A DNA stretch of 59,757 bases from Octopus bimaculoides (lineage: Eukaryota): assembly GCF_001194135.2 (NCBI RefSeq), contig NC_068994.1:31490347-31550103 (forward strand), written 5' to 3'. A program made the translations under genes and the position numbers. The notes below the pieces were generated by a model. It was not told the origin of the DNA, ran no database searches, and saw only the letters and a program-made list of their open reading frames with translations. This document shows, one piece after another, positions 48,859-59,757 of this stretch; within the stretch, counting starts at the first letter, position 1, and every line of letters begins with the position of its first letter.

Positions 48859-51800
48859 ATTATGACATTAGCTAACGTCTTTGAGAAGGGAAATTTGACA
48901 ATTTCTAGCATGTCGTTAGCTCTTTATGATGGCAATATAGTCGTTGTGAATACGCGCGCGCACGCATTATCGAGGTCGGGGTGGAAATCGTATTGCTGGT
49001 GTTGGTGTGATAACACTCAGAAAACGTGTTGTTGGAAGGTGGAGGGGGAGTTAGCCACGTAGTAGTGATGATAGTGTTGATGATTGAGGTGGTGGTTGTG
49101 GTAACGTAACTGTGAACAGAAATATGGTGGAGTGGGTGTCAGGATGGGGGTTAGAATTGAGAGTAAGTTTGAATCCGAAGCACTAAACTGGAAGGCTTTT
49201 AATCAAATGATTCAGTAATGATTTTTTACTCATAGCATGGGAGAGCATCATTATTTTCTTTATGTTGAAAGACAAGATCTGTTACGCTCAATACTTCAAT
49301 CAGTACCATGATACCCGGCTTGTTTCTGTCTCTTTCTTTCACCTTTGTTTCTTCATTCAATAAAACTTTAGAAAATCGTATGCTTCTTCTTTTTTTTTAT
49401 ACCTTTCTTTAGTTTTCTTAATCTAAAGATTTCTTTCACATGGGGCATCAAGGACATTGTTTTCTTTTTTTTATGCATTCATTCATTTTAATTATGGCTA
49501 ATAAAAAGTGAATCGTAGCATGTATTTGTATTTGTATTTACGTTTTCATATTGATATTGAAATACGCTGGTAGTCTGCGTGTCTGTGGTATATGCATATC
49601 TTCATGATGTGCGACTTTGTGATATTTTAGAGATGTAATATTTTATGTGTGAGCGCGTGTATACGAAAGTCCATGTGTTAGCGATGTAGTTAAGTTAGGT
49701 GTAAGAAGAGAATTCTCGTCTCTTGATGGATTATCTCGGTTTGTATAAATATTAAGGTTATAGCTAACAGCAGATAACTGTCACATCAAGATGGTTAAGC
49801 CTGTGCTTAATGTGCAGGAATTTCTCTATGCATCAGCCTGTGCGTGTTAAGGTTTTCACCTCTTTTGATGTCGAGAAAGCCAGAAATAGTAGTGAAGTCA
49901 ATAAGCTATGTAGGCTAACATTACTAATCCATCAGACTGAAAATTTTCGGGCTGACACTGTAAAATGCAAGTCTGTGATGAAATGTATGAAGATACTCTC
50001 CTACATCCTCTACAAAGTTGCTTCATTTGTTCAAACTAACAGCATTCTTTAAAGTAAGGACCACTTCAGAGCTAATTCAATAAACAATATCTTTTATCTT
50101 TTACTTGTTTCAGTCATTTGACTGCAGCCATGCTGGGGCACTGCCTTGAAGAATTTTGAGTCAAATGAATTAACCCCAGTACTTTTTTAAAGCCTGGTAC
50201 TTACTCTATAGGTCATTTTTGCCAAATCGCTAAGTCACAGAGAAGTAAACACACCAGTACTGGTAGGGCACAAACACGCACACAAGGCTTTTGTTGCCCA
50301 AGGTGCCACTTAGTAGGACTGAACGTGGAACCATGTTGTTGGGAAGCAAACTTCTCATCACACTGTCACACCTATATACATATCCACAATAAACACCACC
50401 ACACACTCTATATCGACAAATTACCCTATCTTCTTTTAAATATTTATTCACAAGAAATTGATACTTTGGTCTACTAACACTTCCTATCTAAATTTCACCG
50501 GTTGGATTAGAAGCTTCATGGTATTTGTTTTGATTCTTTTGCATTCTGCATTCAAATCCTGCTGTGTCCTACTTAGGTGGTAGTCTTAATTCATCGCCCA
50601 GTTTAGCACCACCACCACCACCAGGCTCCTTGGGTGTCTTTAGAGGAGTCCAATCTGTTGCAAGCATTTGAGGCATGTATCTGATCCGAGGAAACCTTTC
50701 CCTCTCCCAGCCACCAATCTTGAAGGCTCTGTTAAAGTAATAAAGTACTACCTTTCTTTTGACTATAAGGAAAAAAAACTCACCTCAACCTGCTAAAAAT
50801 AGCAGCTAAAACTCTTTCAAATCAGACACTAATATGTTCATAAAAAAAAAAGAAAAGAAAAAACAGAGATAATGTGATTCCAGATACAATGTGTTTGAGA
50901 AACCAAAGATGGGATAGTCACAACTGGACTGCTTTTTAATCACAGATCTGTGTAATCAAAGCTGATCTATGGATAAACAGCATCAACCATAACCTGCACA
51001 CCCTTATTTCATTTCATATCTACAGTTAAATGTTCTAAAGAATTTCACTCCCCAATAATCACTCACACGATGTGTTTTTTCTTTTACTCCCTCAAGCCCT
51101 AGGACTCATAATACCAGTTTTCATGGTGTATAAGAGACCAAGATCACAGTATGCCCTCCGAAGAGGCCATTGGTCTATTGCAGGCTCCAAAGCCTGTAAT
51201 TTTGAGGAGAGGGTGCAAATCAATTACAGTAACCCCATAGGGATGAAAAGCAAAGTTGACTGCAGTAAGATTTAAATTCAGAACTTAAAGAGCCAGAGAA
51301 TATGTCACTAAGAATTTTTGTGCAGTATGCTAATGATTCTGCCAGCTCACTACCTTATGTCACATAATGTATCCTTGAAGCTCATCCACTGTAAAACTAG
51401 TGGACAACCAACACTTCTCTGTACTCTCCTATTAGGTGACCACACTAACTGTGGAATCATTCCAGCCAGCTGCATCATGAGCTAAAGAAACGACTATTAA
51501 GTATACAGGACTCTTGCTGGCCACAATGAGGGAGTGTATTTCACCATATTAACTATTTTTACAGCTAGATAAGCTGGGAAAGCAATATGTTAAGTGTCTT
51601 TATTATATGGCTTTTAGACATAGTCCAGAACAAAGAGAGTGACTGGAAATAAATTAGCACTTTAGATCTGAAGCCATCATCTTAACTAGGCCAGCAGCAT
51701 CTCATAAAATATTATTTGCTATTGATTATTAGTTTGTTGTAAAGATTTAACATTCAACTCATGAACCAGTTATTCAGATACACACATACATACATAAAAA

Positions 51801-53519
51801 GCATAAGTCTGGAAATAATGAACATTAACTTTTATCACTTACTTCACAATATGGATTATCCATTGGAATCTATCATATAACATTCAATTATTTCAGAACA
51901 GAATTTTCAGGCTTGTCTTTTATTTCAATACTGCTTTTTTAATGGATCTGTTGGTTGTTCCATCACCTCCAGCACCAATCCTATTAAACTTCAACAGCCA
52001 AGCTATCATTCATACAATACCACACTAAAAGCATTTCAAGCTTACCAGGCATTGTTTTATATTTGCATTTACAGTGTGCCACAAACTGTATTTCCTCCAT
52101 AACATAAATATGCTACTTAGATGAAAAGAGAAAAAAATGGTGGTAGAACATAAACATACTTTTATCTAACATGGTTGTGTTAAGCAAATCTACAATCTTG
52201 ATGGAAGTAGGTTAGTTAATTACATTGACCCCAGTACTTGACTGGTACATTATTTTATTAACCCTGAAGGGATGAAAGGTAAAGTCAATCTCAGCGTAAT
52301 GAGTCAGAGGAAATATTGCAAAACATTTTCGCCTTTACTCTAAAGATTTTGCCAATTTGCCACACATATAGTTTCAAACTTTGGTAAAGGCCAGAAATTT
52401 TGAGGATCAGAGGAGTTGGTTACATTGACTCCAGTGCTCAACAGTTACATATTTTATTGACCCCAAAAGGATGAAAGACAAAACTAACCTTGACAGTATT
52501 GGAACTGAGAACATAAAAAAGCCAGAAGAAAAGCTGTTAAGTATTTTGTCTACACACTAACAATTCTGCCCGCTTTCCAAACACAAAGCCAACAGTTTTG
52601 AAGAGAGCTGGTTAGTAGATACTACCAACCCCAGTATTTGATTGGTACTTTATTTTATTGACCCAGAAAAGACAAAACGCCAAGTTGACCTCAATGGAAT
52701 TTGAACCCATAACATAGAGAGCTTGAACAAGTATGGCAAGACAGTTTTTACCAATGCTCTAATGATTTTGCCAATCTATTGCCCTTCTTATAATGCTTTC
52801 TAATTTAGACAAAGCCAAAATTTTAGAGGGAAGGGGCAAGTTGACACCATTGATTCCAATATGTTGCTGGTACTTTGTTTTATTGACCCCAAATGGATAA
52901 AAGATAAAGTTGACCTAAGTAGGATTTGAAGCCAGAACATGTGTTCTAAGAAATACTGCAGTGTATTTTGTCCAGGACTCTAACAATTCAGCTAGCAAGC
53001 TACCTTGATAAAAATAACAATGGTGCTGTTTAAACCCTCACTAAGTGTTATTAATAATCCTTTCTACTGAAAGCACAAGGCCTCAAATTTGGGGCAAGGG
53101 ATTATGTTGATTACATCAACCCAGTGTATAACTGGTACTTATTTAATCGACCCCAAAATGATGAAAGGCAAAGTTGACCTCACCAGAATTCGAACTCAGA
53201 ATGTAGCGACAGACAAAATACCACTAAGTATTTTGTCCTTCGTGCTAACAATTCTGCCAGCTCGCTGCCTTAAGTGTTATTAATAATAATAATGGTAGTG
53301 TTATGGATAGCCTGTAAGACTATCTGAATGGCACTACTAACAAAAAAATTATCTTCAATTTATTTTAATAGCATGCACTAACAAACAGCGTCTTATGAGG
53401 CTGGCTTCTCAAAAAAAGTTGCCCATGCATCTGAACTCAGAATGAAATGACGAATGAAATACTGCTAAGCATTTTTGCCCAGTGTGCTAATGATTCTGCC
53501 AGCTTGCTGCCTTAATAAT

Positions 53520-53790
53520 AATAATTCCAAATGGTAAGAGAGTAGACACCAAAGAAATCAAGAAAACTGAGGAATATGAGGACCTAACCAGAGAAATGGC
53601 AAGATTGGGGAAGACAAAACCAATTATTCCTGTGGTAATTGGTGCACTTGGCACAAATCCCAGACTGGTACCTAAGAAGCTGAATGATATTGGAATTGAG
53701 ATTTTCTCTGCTGAATTGCAGAAAAGTGCAGTCTTGTATTCTGCAAGAATCTTTAGAAATATTCTTGAGATCTGATGAGACATGTCAACA
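53520..53790 (+). mobile_element. R4/Dong-type non-LTR retrotransposon 3' end (restriction-like endonuclease region)
   Basis: KRVDTKEIKKTEEYEDLTREMARLGKTKPIIPVVIGALGT...ELQKSAVLYSARIFRNILEI*. Confidence 0.8.
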
Positions 53791-54007
53791 AACCTCAAAC
53801 AATTACATGTTAGCTAAACTAGCATGTAATAGTTTTAATAACAATAATAATCCTTCTATTAAAGGCACAAAGGCTGAAATTTGAGGGATGGAGATAGTCA
53901 GATACATTGACCCCGGTGGGATGGAAGACAAAGTCAACCTCGGCAGAATTTGAACTCAGAATGCAGCATTCATCCAGTGTGCTAATGATTCTGCCAGTTC
54001 ATTACCT

Positions 54008-54044
<37 letters not shown>

Positions 54045-54393
54045 CAACAACAATTATCATTACTATTATTACAATTGTTTCTAATTTAGACAGAAAGCCA
54101 ACAATTTTGATGGGAAGAGTTAACTGATACCATTAATCCCAAAAGGATGAAAGCAAAGTTGACCTTGATGGGATTTGAAACCAGAACATAAAGAGCTGGA
54201 AGAAATGCTGCTAAGCATTTTGGTGGGATGGGCTAGCACATTATATTGGCCCCAGTGCTCAACTGGTATTTATTTTATCAACCATGAAAGGTAAAGGTGA
54301 CCATGGTAGCAATTGATCCCAAAATATAAAGCTGGAAGGAATGCCACAAAACATTTTGTCTGGCATGCTAACAATTCTGCCAGCCCACCACCC

Positions 54394-54449
<56 letters not shown>

Positions 54450-54892
54450 TTCTGCTTAATACCACAGATTTGCTTGTCAGTTGTTTGACCTTAACCAGTT
54501 GAGCATGTCCCTTGATGGCTGACGATATGTGCATCTCTGATCATGAGCAGAAGTAGTGGGGGAGCATCATAGCCATGTGTTGAGAGGAATTCTTTGGGGT
54601 TTGAATAATTCACCTTTGGAAACATGGGTGTTTTGCTCAACATCCTTAAACAAACCTTATTCAGGGACCTTTTGAGCGGGATGGGCTACTCGACCTGAAG
54701 AAAATTCTAACTGGGCCCTACCTGCGAGGTCATGGGCTGTTTATCTTGATATGAGATCACAATGTCATGCACATATGGTTGTGATGCATGTGCCTGGTGT
54801 ACCCTTATCAGACGGGTAGTCATGATGGGTATACTGGGCTTCGTATATTTTACCCCATTGTCACTTTGATGGCATGCACTGCTTTCTCACTC

Positions 54893-54893
<1 letters not shown>
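54450..54893. mobile_element. ~440-bp non-coding element bounded on both sides by (AAT)n
   Basis: Sharp boundaries against pure (AAT)n at 54396-54449 and 54893-54927; higher GC than its flanks; only one copy in the window. Confidence 0.5.
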
Positions 54894-54928
<35 letters not shown>

Positions 54929-55158
54929 CCTTTCTACTATGGGCACAAGCCTGAAATTTTAGGGGACTGGATTAGTCAGTTACGTTCGCCCAGGGCTCAA
55001 CTGGAACTTATTTTATTGAACCTGGAAGGATGAAAGGCAATGTCAACCCGGGTATAATTTGAACTCAGAACATAAAACCAGAAGAAATACTGCAAAGCAT
55101 TTTGTCTGGTATGCTAATGATTCTGCTAGTTCACATCCTTTATAATAATAATAATGAC

Positions 55159-55199
<41 letters not shown>

Positions 55200-55283
55200 C
55201 AATATATTGCTCTATGTGTATGTGTTGTGGAGTAGACAGAAGTAAAAAATAGACAAAAAACAAGTGATGGTGTTTGAAAAGGT

Positions 55284-55817
55284 TTAGTGGTTTTCTATTT
55301 GGTCAACATCAAGATCAGCAATGGGGGGTTTGTCCCTCCCATAATAGTCCTCATTTTCAGTCATTTGATCCTCATCATCATCGTCATCATCATCATCATC
55401 ACAGCCACAGAAACTAGGATTAGACTCATCACTCACATACACCAGTGGGTCCCAACCAGCTGGACCAACAGACCGACTTGAAATAAAGGGTCTTTCAAAG
55501 CTGGCATCGTCCCAGCGAGAACATCCATCGTCAGAATTATTTTGTCTAATGTTATGAAGGGAATTGGGGCAACATTCATCGGCAGTGGGTTTCTCGGCAG
55601 CAGCAGCAGCCCGAGCGGCAGCCTCTCCAGCTTCTGTGGCAGCTGAGATCTCAGCATCTTCCGACATGATATCATCAGTGTGGTCATCAGGTAAAAGGCA
55701 GGTTGATCGGAGAACTTCAATAGAAACTGGCTCTGAGACTGACATTGGGTTCAAGTTTGGCTTCACAATTGTCATTTGGTCTTCAGGAAACTGTTGAAAC
55801 CAACTAACTTTTGGCCC
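55284..55817 (-). CDS. Terminal exon of an unidentified gene (GPKVSWFQQFPEDQMTIVKPNL...poly-Ala...poly-Asp...DVDQIENH*), 177 aa
   Basis: Strong acceptor ttttttttatttcttttccag at 55818; 178-codon open frame in GC-richer sequence; extends ORF 55284..55775 by 14 codons. Confidence 0.8.
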   Translation of the reverse strand, partial: GPKVSWFQQFPEDQMTIVKPNLNPMSVSEPVSIEVLRSTCLLPDDHTDDIMSEDAEISAATEAGEAAARAAAAAEKPTADECCPNSLHNIRQNNSDDGCSRWDDASFERPFISSRSVGPAGWDPLVYVSDESNPSFCGCDDDDDDDDDEDQMTENEDYYGRDKPPIADLDVDQIENH

Positions 55818-56019
55818 CTGGAAAAGAAATAAAAAAAAAACAAATTATTGTTGACATCATAAGAATTCAGAAACTATGAGAACATGAAATAAGTTTTTGG
55901 AATTCTTTATCTCCTTGAAGAAGATAAAGCTGTAAATCATGTGATCAAGTGACCGACCAGATTATCAAATGTTGTTATACAACTCTGGTGACAATGTGCT
56001 GGGTATCATTTTAGCCACT

Positions 56020-56490
56020 CTAACCACAAGGCCATGTGCCTTTGCAAAGCTGTAAATAACAGAGTATAGATATCAGATTAAAAAAACTCTCTTGACCAGG
56101 AAAAGTTGAAGGCTGTCCATGGGATTTGAGCCCAGATCTACTGTAAACATGACATGTTTTTTTACCTAAAAGGTTTTTAAACTCCACTGGCTAAGCAAGC
56201 AGGCAAACATTCCCGCTTGATCAAAAGGAGACTGGAGCAATGTAAAATGAAGTGTTTTGCTCAAGAACACAATGCACTGCCCAGTCTGGGAATTGAACAT
56301 ATGATCTAGCGTTTGTGAGGGCAACACCCTAACCACAAAGCCACATGCCTTTGCAAAGCTGTAAATAACAGTGTAAATATTAGATTAAAAAAAACTCTCT
56401 TGACTAGGAAAAGTTGAAGGCTGTCTATGGGATTTGAGTCCAGATCTCCTGTAAACATGACATGTTTTTCTACCTAAAAGGTTTTTAAAC
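56020..56490 (+). repeat. ~162-bp direct duplication (56020-56182 / 56329-56490)
   Basis: Visual alignment shows high identity, 309-bp period. Confidence 0.88.
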
Positions 56491-56947
56491 CCAATATTTA
56501 TTTTATTATTTATAGCTTTATATGCCTCAAGATTCATCCTTCCAAAAAATAGAATTATAAATTACCATGGCTGTGTGATAAGAAGTTTGTTTCCCAACCA
56601 TGTGGTTCCAGGTTCAGACCCATTGCATGGCACCTTGGGCAAGTGTCTTTTAATATAGCCTTGGGCTGACCAAAGTCTTGTGAGTGGATTTGGTAGATTG
56701 AAACTGAAAGAAGCCTGTGTGCATGTCATTGTTTATCCCCTACCACTGCCTGACAACCAATACTGGTGAATTTACATTCCTATAACTTAGTAGTTCAGCA
56801 AAAGAAAGACCAATGCAATAAATACTAGGTTTTACAAAAAATAATAAGTACTGGGATTGATTCTTCAAGGTGGTGCCCTAGGATGCCTGCAGTCTAATGA
56901 CTAAAACAAGTAAGAGATAAAAGATAAAGATATTTGACAGTATATAT

Positions 56948-57270
56948 CAGAGGTTCTCGACCATTTTTTTTATACCTATTTTATTTTGTTGGACCCCCAA
57001 AGCCATTCAATGTTTAAAAACTAGTTTTATAGAAACTTATTTCAAAATTCTTATTTTGTTATTCACACATTAACTTGTGTAGGTCAAACTATGTAAAATA
57101 TTAGAGAAAGAAACCTTGCAATACATACAAATACATGCATCTAAAGCAAAATTTTTTAGGGGCCTTTAAAACATTACTTTGGATCCAAAATTTACTACTT
57201 TGTTGCATAGACCCCTAAAAATCTTATATGGACATTCAGGGGCCACATGGACTTCCACTGAGAACCACTG
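56948..57270. mobile_element. hAT-type MITE (CAGAGGTTCTC / GAGAACCACTG TIRs, 8-bp TSD GTATATAT)
   Basis: TSD at 56940-56947 and 57271-57278; body differs from the 5381 element. Confidence 0.88.
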
Positions 57271-57427
57271 GTATATATGATGTACATTTAAAAAAAAAAA
57301 GTCTCAAAAAAAAAAAAAAAACNNNNNNNNNNCCATGGGTCCTATATCTGAATTTTGGTCAATAGTATATGCTTTAATGTACTAAAAACTATTTTGTGTC
57401 TTTTATGCCATCAAACATGGTACTCCA

Positions 57428-57478
<51 letters not shown>

Positions 57479-59543
57479 CTTGGAGCAGGCATGGTTGTGT
57501 GGTAAGAAGCTTGCTTCCCAACCACATGGTTCTGGGTTTGGGCAAGTGTCTTCTTCTATAGCTTTGGGTTGACCAAAGCTTTGTGAGTGGATTTGTTAAC
57601 AGAAACTGAAAGAAGGCCATTGTGTATATATATTTATATATATGTGTGTGCGTGTGTGTGTATGTGTCTTTGTGTTTGTTTGTCTACCACCACCACTTGA
57701 GAACTAGTGTTGGTGTGTTTATATCCCTGTAACTTAATGGTTCAGAAAAAGAGACCGATAGGAAAAGTACCAGGTTTAAAAAAAGGCAAAGAAAGTATTC
57801 ATTCGACTAGAAATTCTACTAGGTAGTGCTCCAGCATGACTGTAGTCTAATGACTGACGATATAAAAGATAAAATAGGAAATTGATGTTATTTAAATCCA
57901 GGTCAGTTCTCATCAAGCAGATCTGCAGTCAAAAGAACATTCCAACTATGACTAACCAACCAACTAACCAATTTTGTATTTTTAAGATACTGTGAATTCC
58001 AAACATTATTAAAGGTATTTTTTTTTGCTTGCTTTGGTCATTGAACTGCAGCCATGCTGATCACCACCTTATGGGTTTTTCAAAAATTTGTCCAACCCAT
58101 ATCAGGATGGAAAACAGATGTTAAAGGGTGATGATGATGATGAAATTGACCCCAGCACTTATTTTTAAGTCTAGTACTCATTCTCTTGGTCTCTTTTGTT
58201 GAACTACTAAGTTATGAGGATGTAAACAAGCGACAGCAGTTGTCAAGTAGTGGTGGGAGATACGTACTAAGACACACACACACACTCAAAACTCTAATGA
58301 TGACTGTAACAGTTATGAAAGCACTCAGCACACTCTGTGAAATGGTTGGCATTAGGAAGGTCATCCAGCTATAGAAAACAAAGCCAAAACAGACTAAGGA
58401 ACCTGGTATGGCTCCAGGCCTTGTCAGTTCCTATTAAGCCATTCAACCCATGCCAGCATGGAAAACGGACATTAAATGTTGATGATGATGATGATGTTAC
58501 ATAATTACTGTTACAGTGAAACAAGATTTCATAGTTCAAAGTCTGACATTTCAAATCTATATTGGTCAGTTAACATCTCAATTAAGCAGCTAATAATATA
58601 AGACTTCCACTGACTACAGTAGCGGGTGCTACAATTAGTGAATTAGGGCAAAACTGATGGTTTCAAGAATCACTCACCCGAAACAATTTACTCAGGTGGG
58701 ATGAGTCAACGATATAAGTAGCTTCATCTGATAATAAGTAAAACAGTAGACACATCTTACTGCAAATAAATTCCTCCCTCCCTTCTACTTTTATCCACTA
58801 TCACACCATACTATCACTCTTCTTTGCTCTCTCCTTCCAAATTATATATTCACCACTATTTTGTAAATATCTATTCTTCCTCTATCGCTTTCTCTGCCAT
58901 AGGCGCAAATGTATTTCAGTCCAAACATTAATACATTATGTCACATAAGAAAGCACATTCATAGCCATTGTACTACTTTCTCTTCCCCTCTCCCACTCTC
59001 TATCTCTCTCATGTAAACACACACAAACTACCTATGATCTTAAGAACAATACATAGTTACTATTTCACATATGCACAAACACATATACACAGATTTCCTC
59101 TAACAACCTCATACTCTCCAGATGATAGAAAGATTCTCCATCAATACTTAGATTTAATGTGAAAATTCCTCCACCCCACAAAAGTGATTATGTTCATAGA
59201 GCCGATATCACAGGTCTGAATACAGAAGTAACCTCTTATGTAGCTGCCTAACTTGCTAGAAATAACAAACAAATTTTCTCAAAATCACATTTTGGGGATA
59301 TTTAAGAAAAGAAGGGCACATTGGAAAAATGCAAGATGGAATGGTCATGACAGGAGGACCTTTGATCATAAATGCCCACATAGAGGATAAACAGCATCAC
59401 TAGCTCTTCTCCAACCACCCTCTCACAAATTTATCCCATTCACTCCTCCAAAGCCTTTCTCAAACAACAGGCTAGCCACCACCACTGCCACCACCACCAC
59501 CACCACCATAATCAGAATCCCCCATACATACCACATAACTCAC

Positions 59544-59609
59544 CTGATACAGATTCTGTAAGATTTGTTCACTGGCTTCTGTCTGACATGTAGAATTGCC
59601 ATAAGCAGT
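59544..59609 (-). CDS. Internal 66-nt exon of the same unidentified gene (TAYGNSTCQTEASEQILQNLYQ in frame 0)
   Basis: Acceptor ctcttcctgtctccctcag, donor CAG|gtgagtt; frame 0 joins the terminal exon in phase. The rest of the gene lies outside the window. Confidence 0.8.
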
Positions 59610-59667
59610 CTGAGGGAGACAGGAAGAGTGAATAAGTGAGATGAAAGAGTGAGTATGTGAACACAAG

Positions 59668-59715
<48 letters not shown>

Positions 59716-59757
59716 TATATAAAATATATATATAAAATATATATATAAAATATATAT

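Larger units (their letters stand above)
52200..55140 (-). repeat. Array of ~10 co-oriented SINE family C copies with (AAT)n spacers
   Basis: Copies at about 52200, 52367, 52580, 52790, 53053, 53428, 53843, 54075, 54245 and 54925. Confidence 0.85.

Noticed and set aside
53775-53810. Second hammerhead candidate (ctgatgag...ctcaaac) after the Dong stop
   Set aside because: No stem II and no GAAA.

Overview
Repeat-dense, AT-rich animal genomic DNA with five assembly gaps. The SINE/RTE repertoire and microsatellite load suggest a cephalopod, probably Octopus (inference). Two host genes are supported, both on the minus strand. (1) A complete 5-exon centrin (CETN1/2-type, 169 aa), CDS 19310..256, whose first exon contributes only the ATG, 10.5 kb upstream of exon 2. 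(2) The last two visible exons (59544-59609, 55284-55817) of an unidentified gene with an Ala-rich/poly-Asp C-terminus. The rest is mostly transposon debris: several tRNA-headed SINE families, fragments of RTE, CR1, R4/Dong and Penelope-like retroelements, mariner, maT (DD37D) and Tigger remnants, and piggyBac-, hAT- and mariner-type MITEs. The most interesting signals are: a tRNA-headed repeat carrying a minimal hammerhead-ribozyme-like core, present as a head-to-head pair inside centrin intron 1; a mariner derivative built from two left ends whose TIRs contain RFX X-box matches; a 10-copy co-oriented SINE array interleaved with (AAT)n and an R4/Dong fragment; a SINE with an apparent ~91-bp target duplication; and a centrin 3'UTR built from degenerate copies of its own stop-codon region. 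Coordinates of degenerate repeats are approximate; exon and TSD coordinates were counted by hand.
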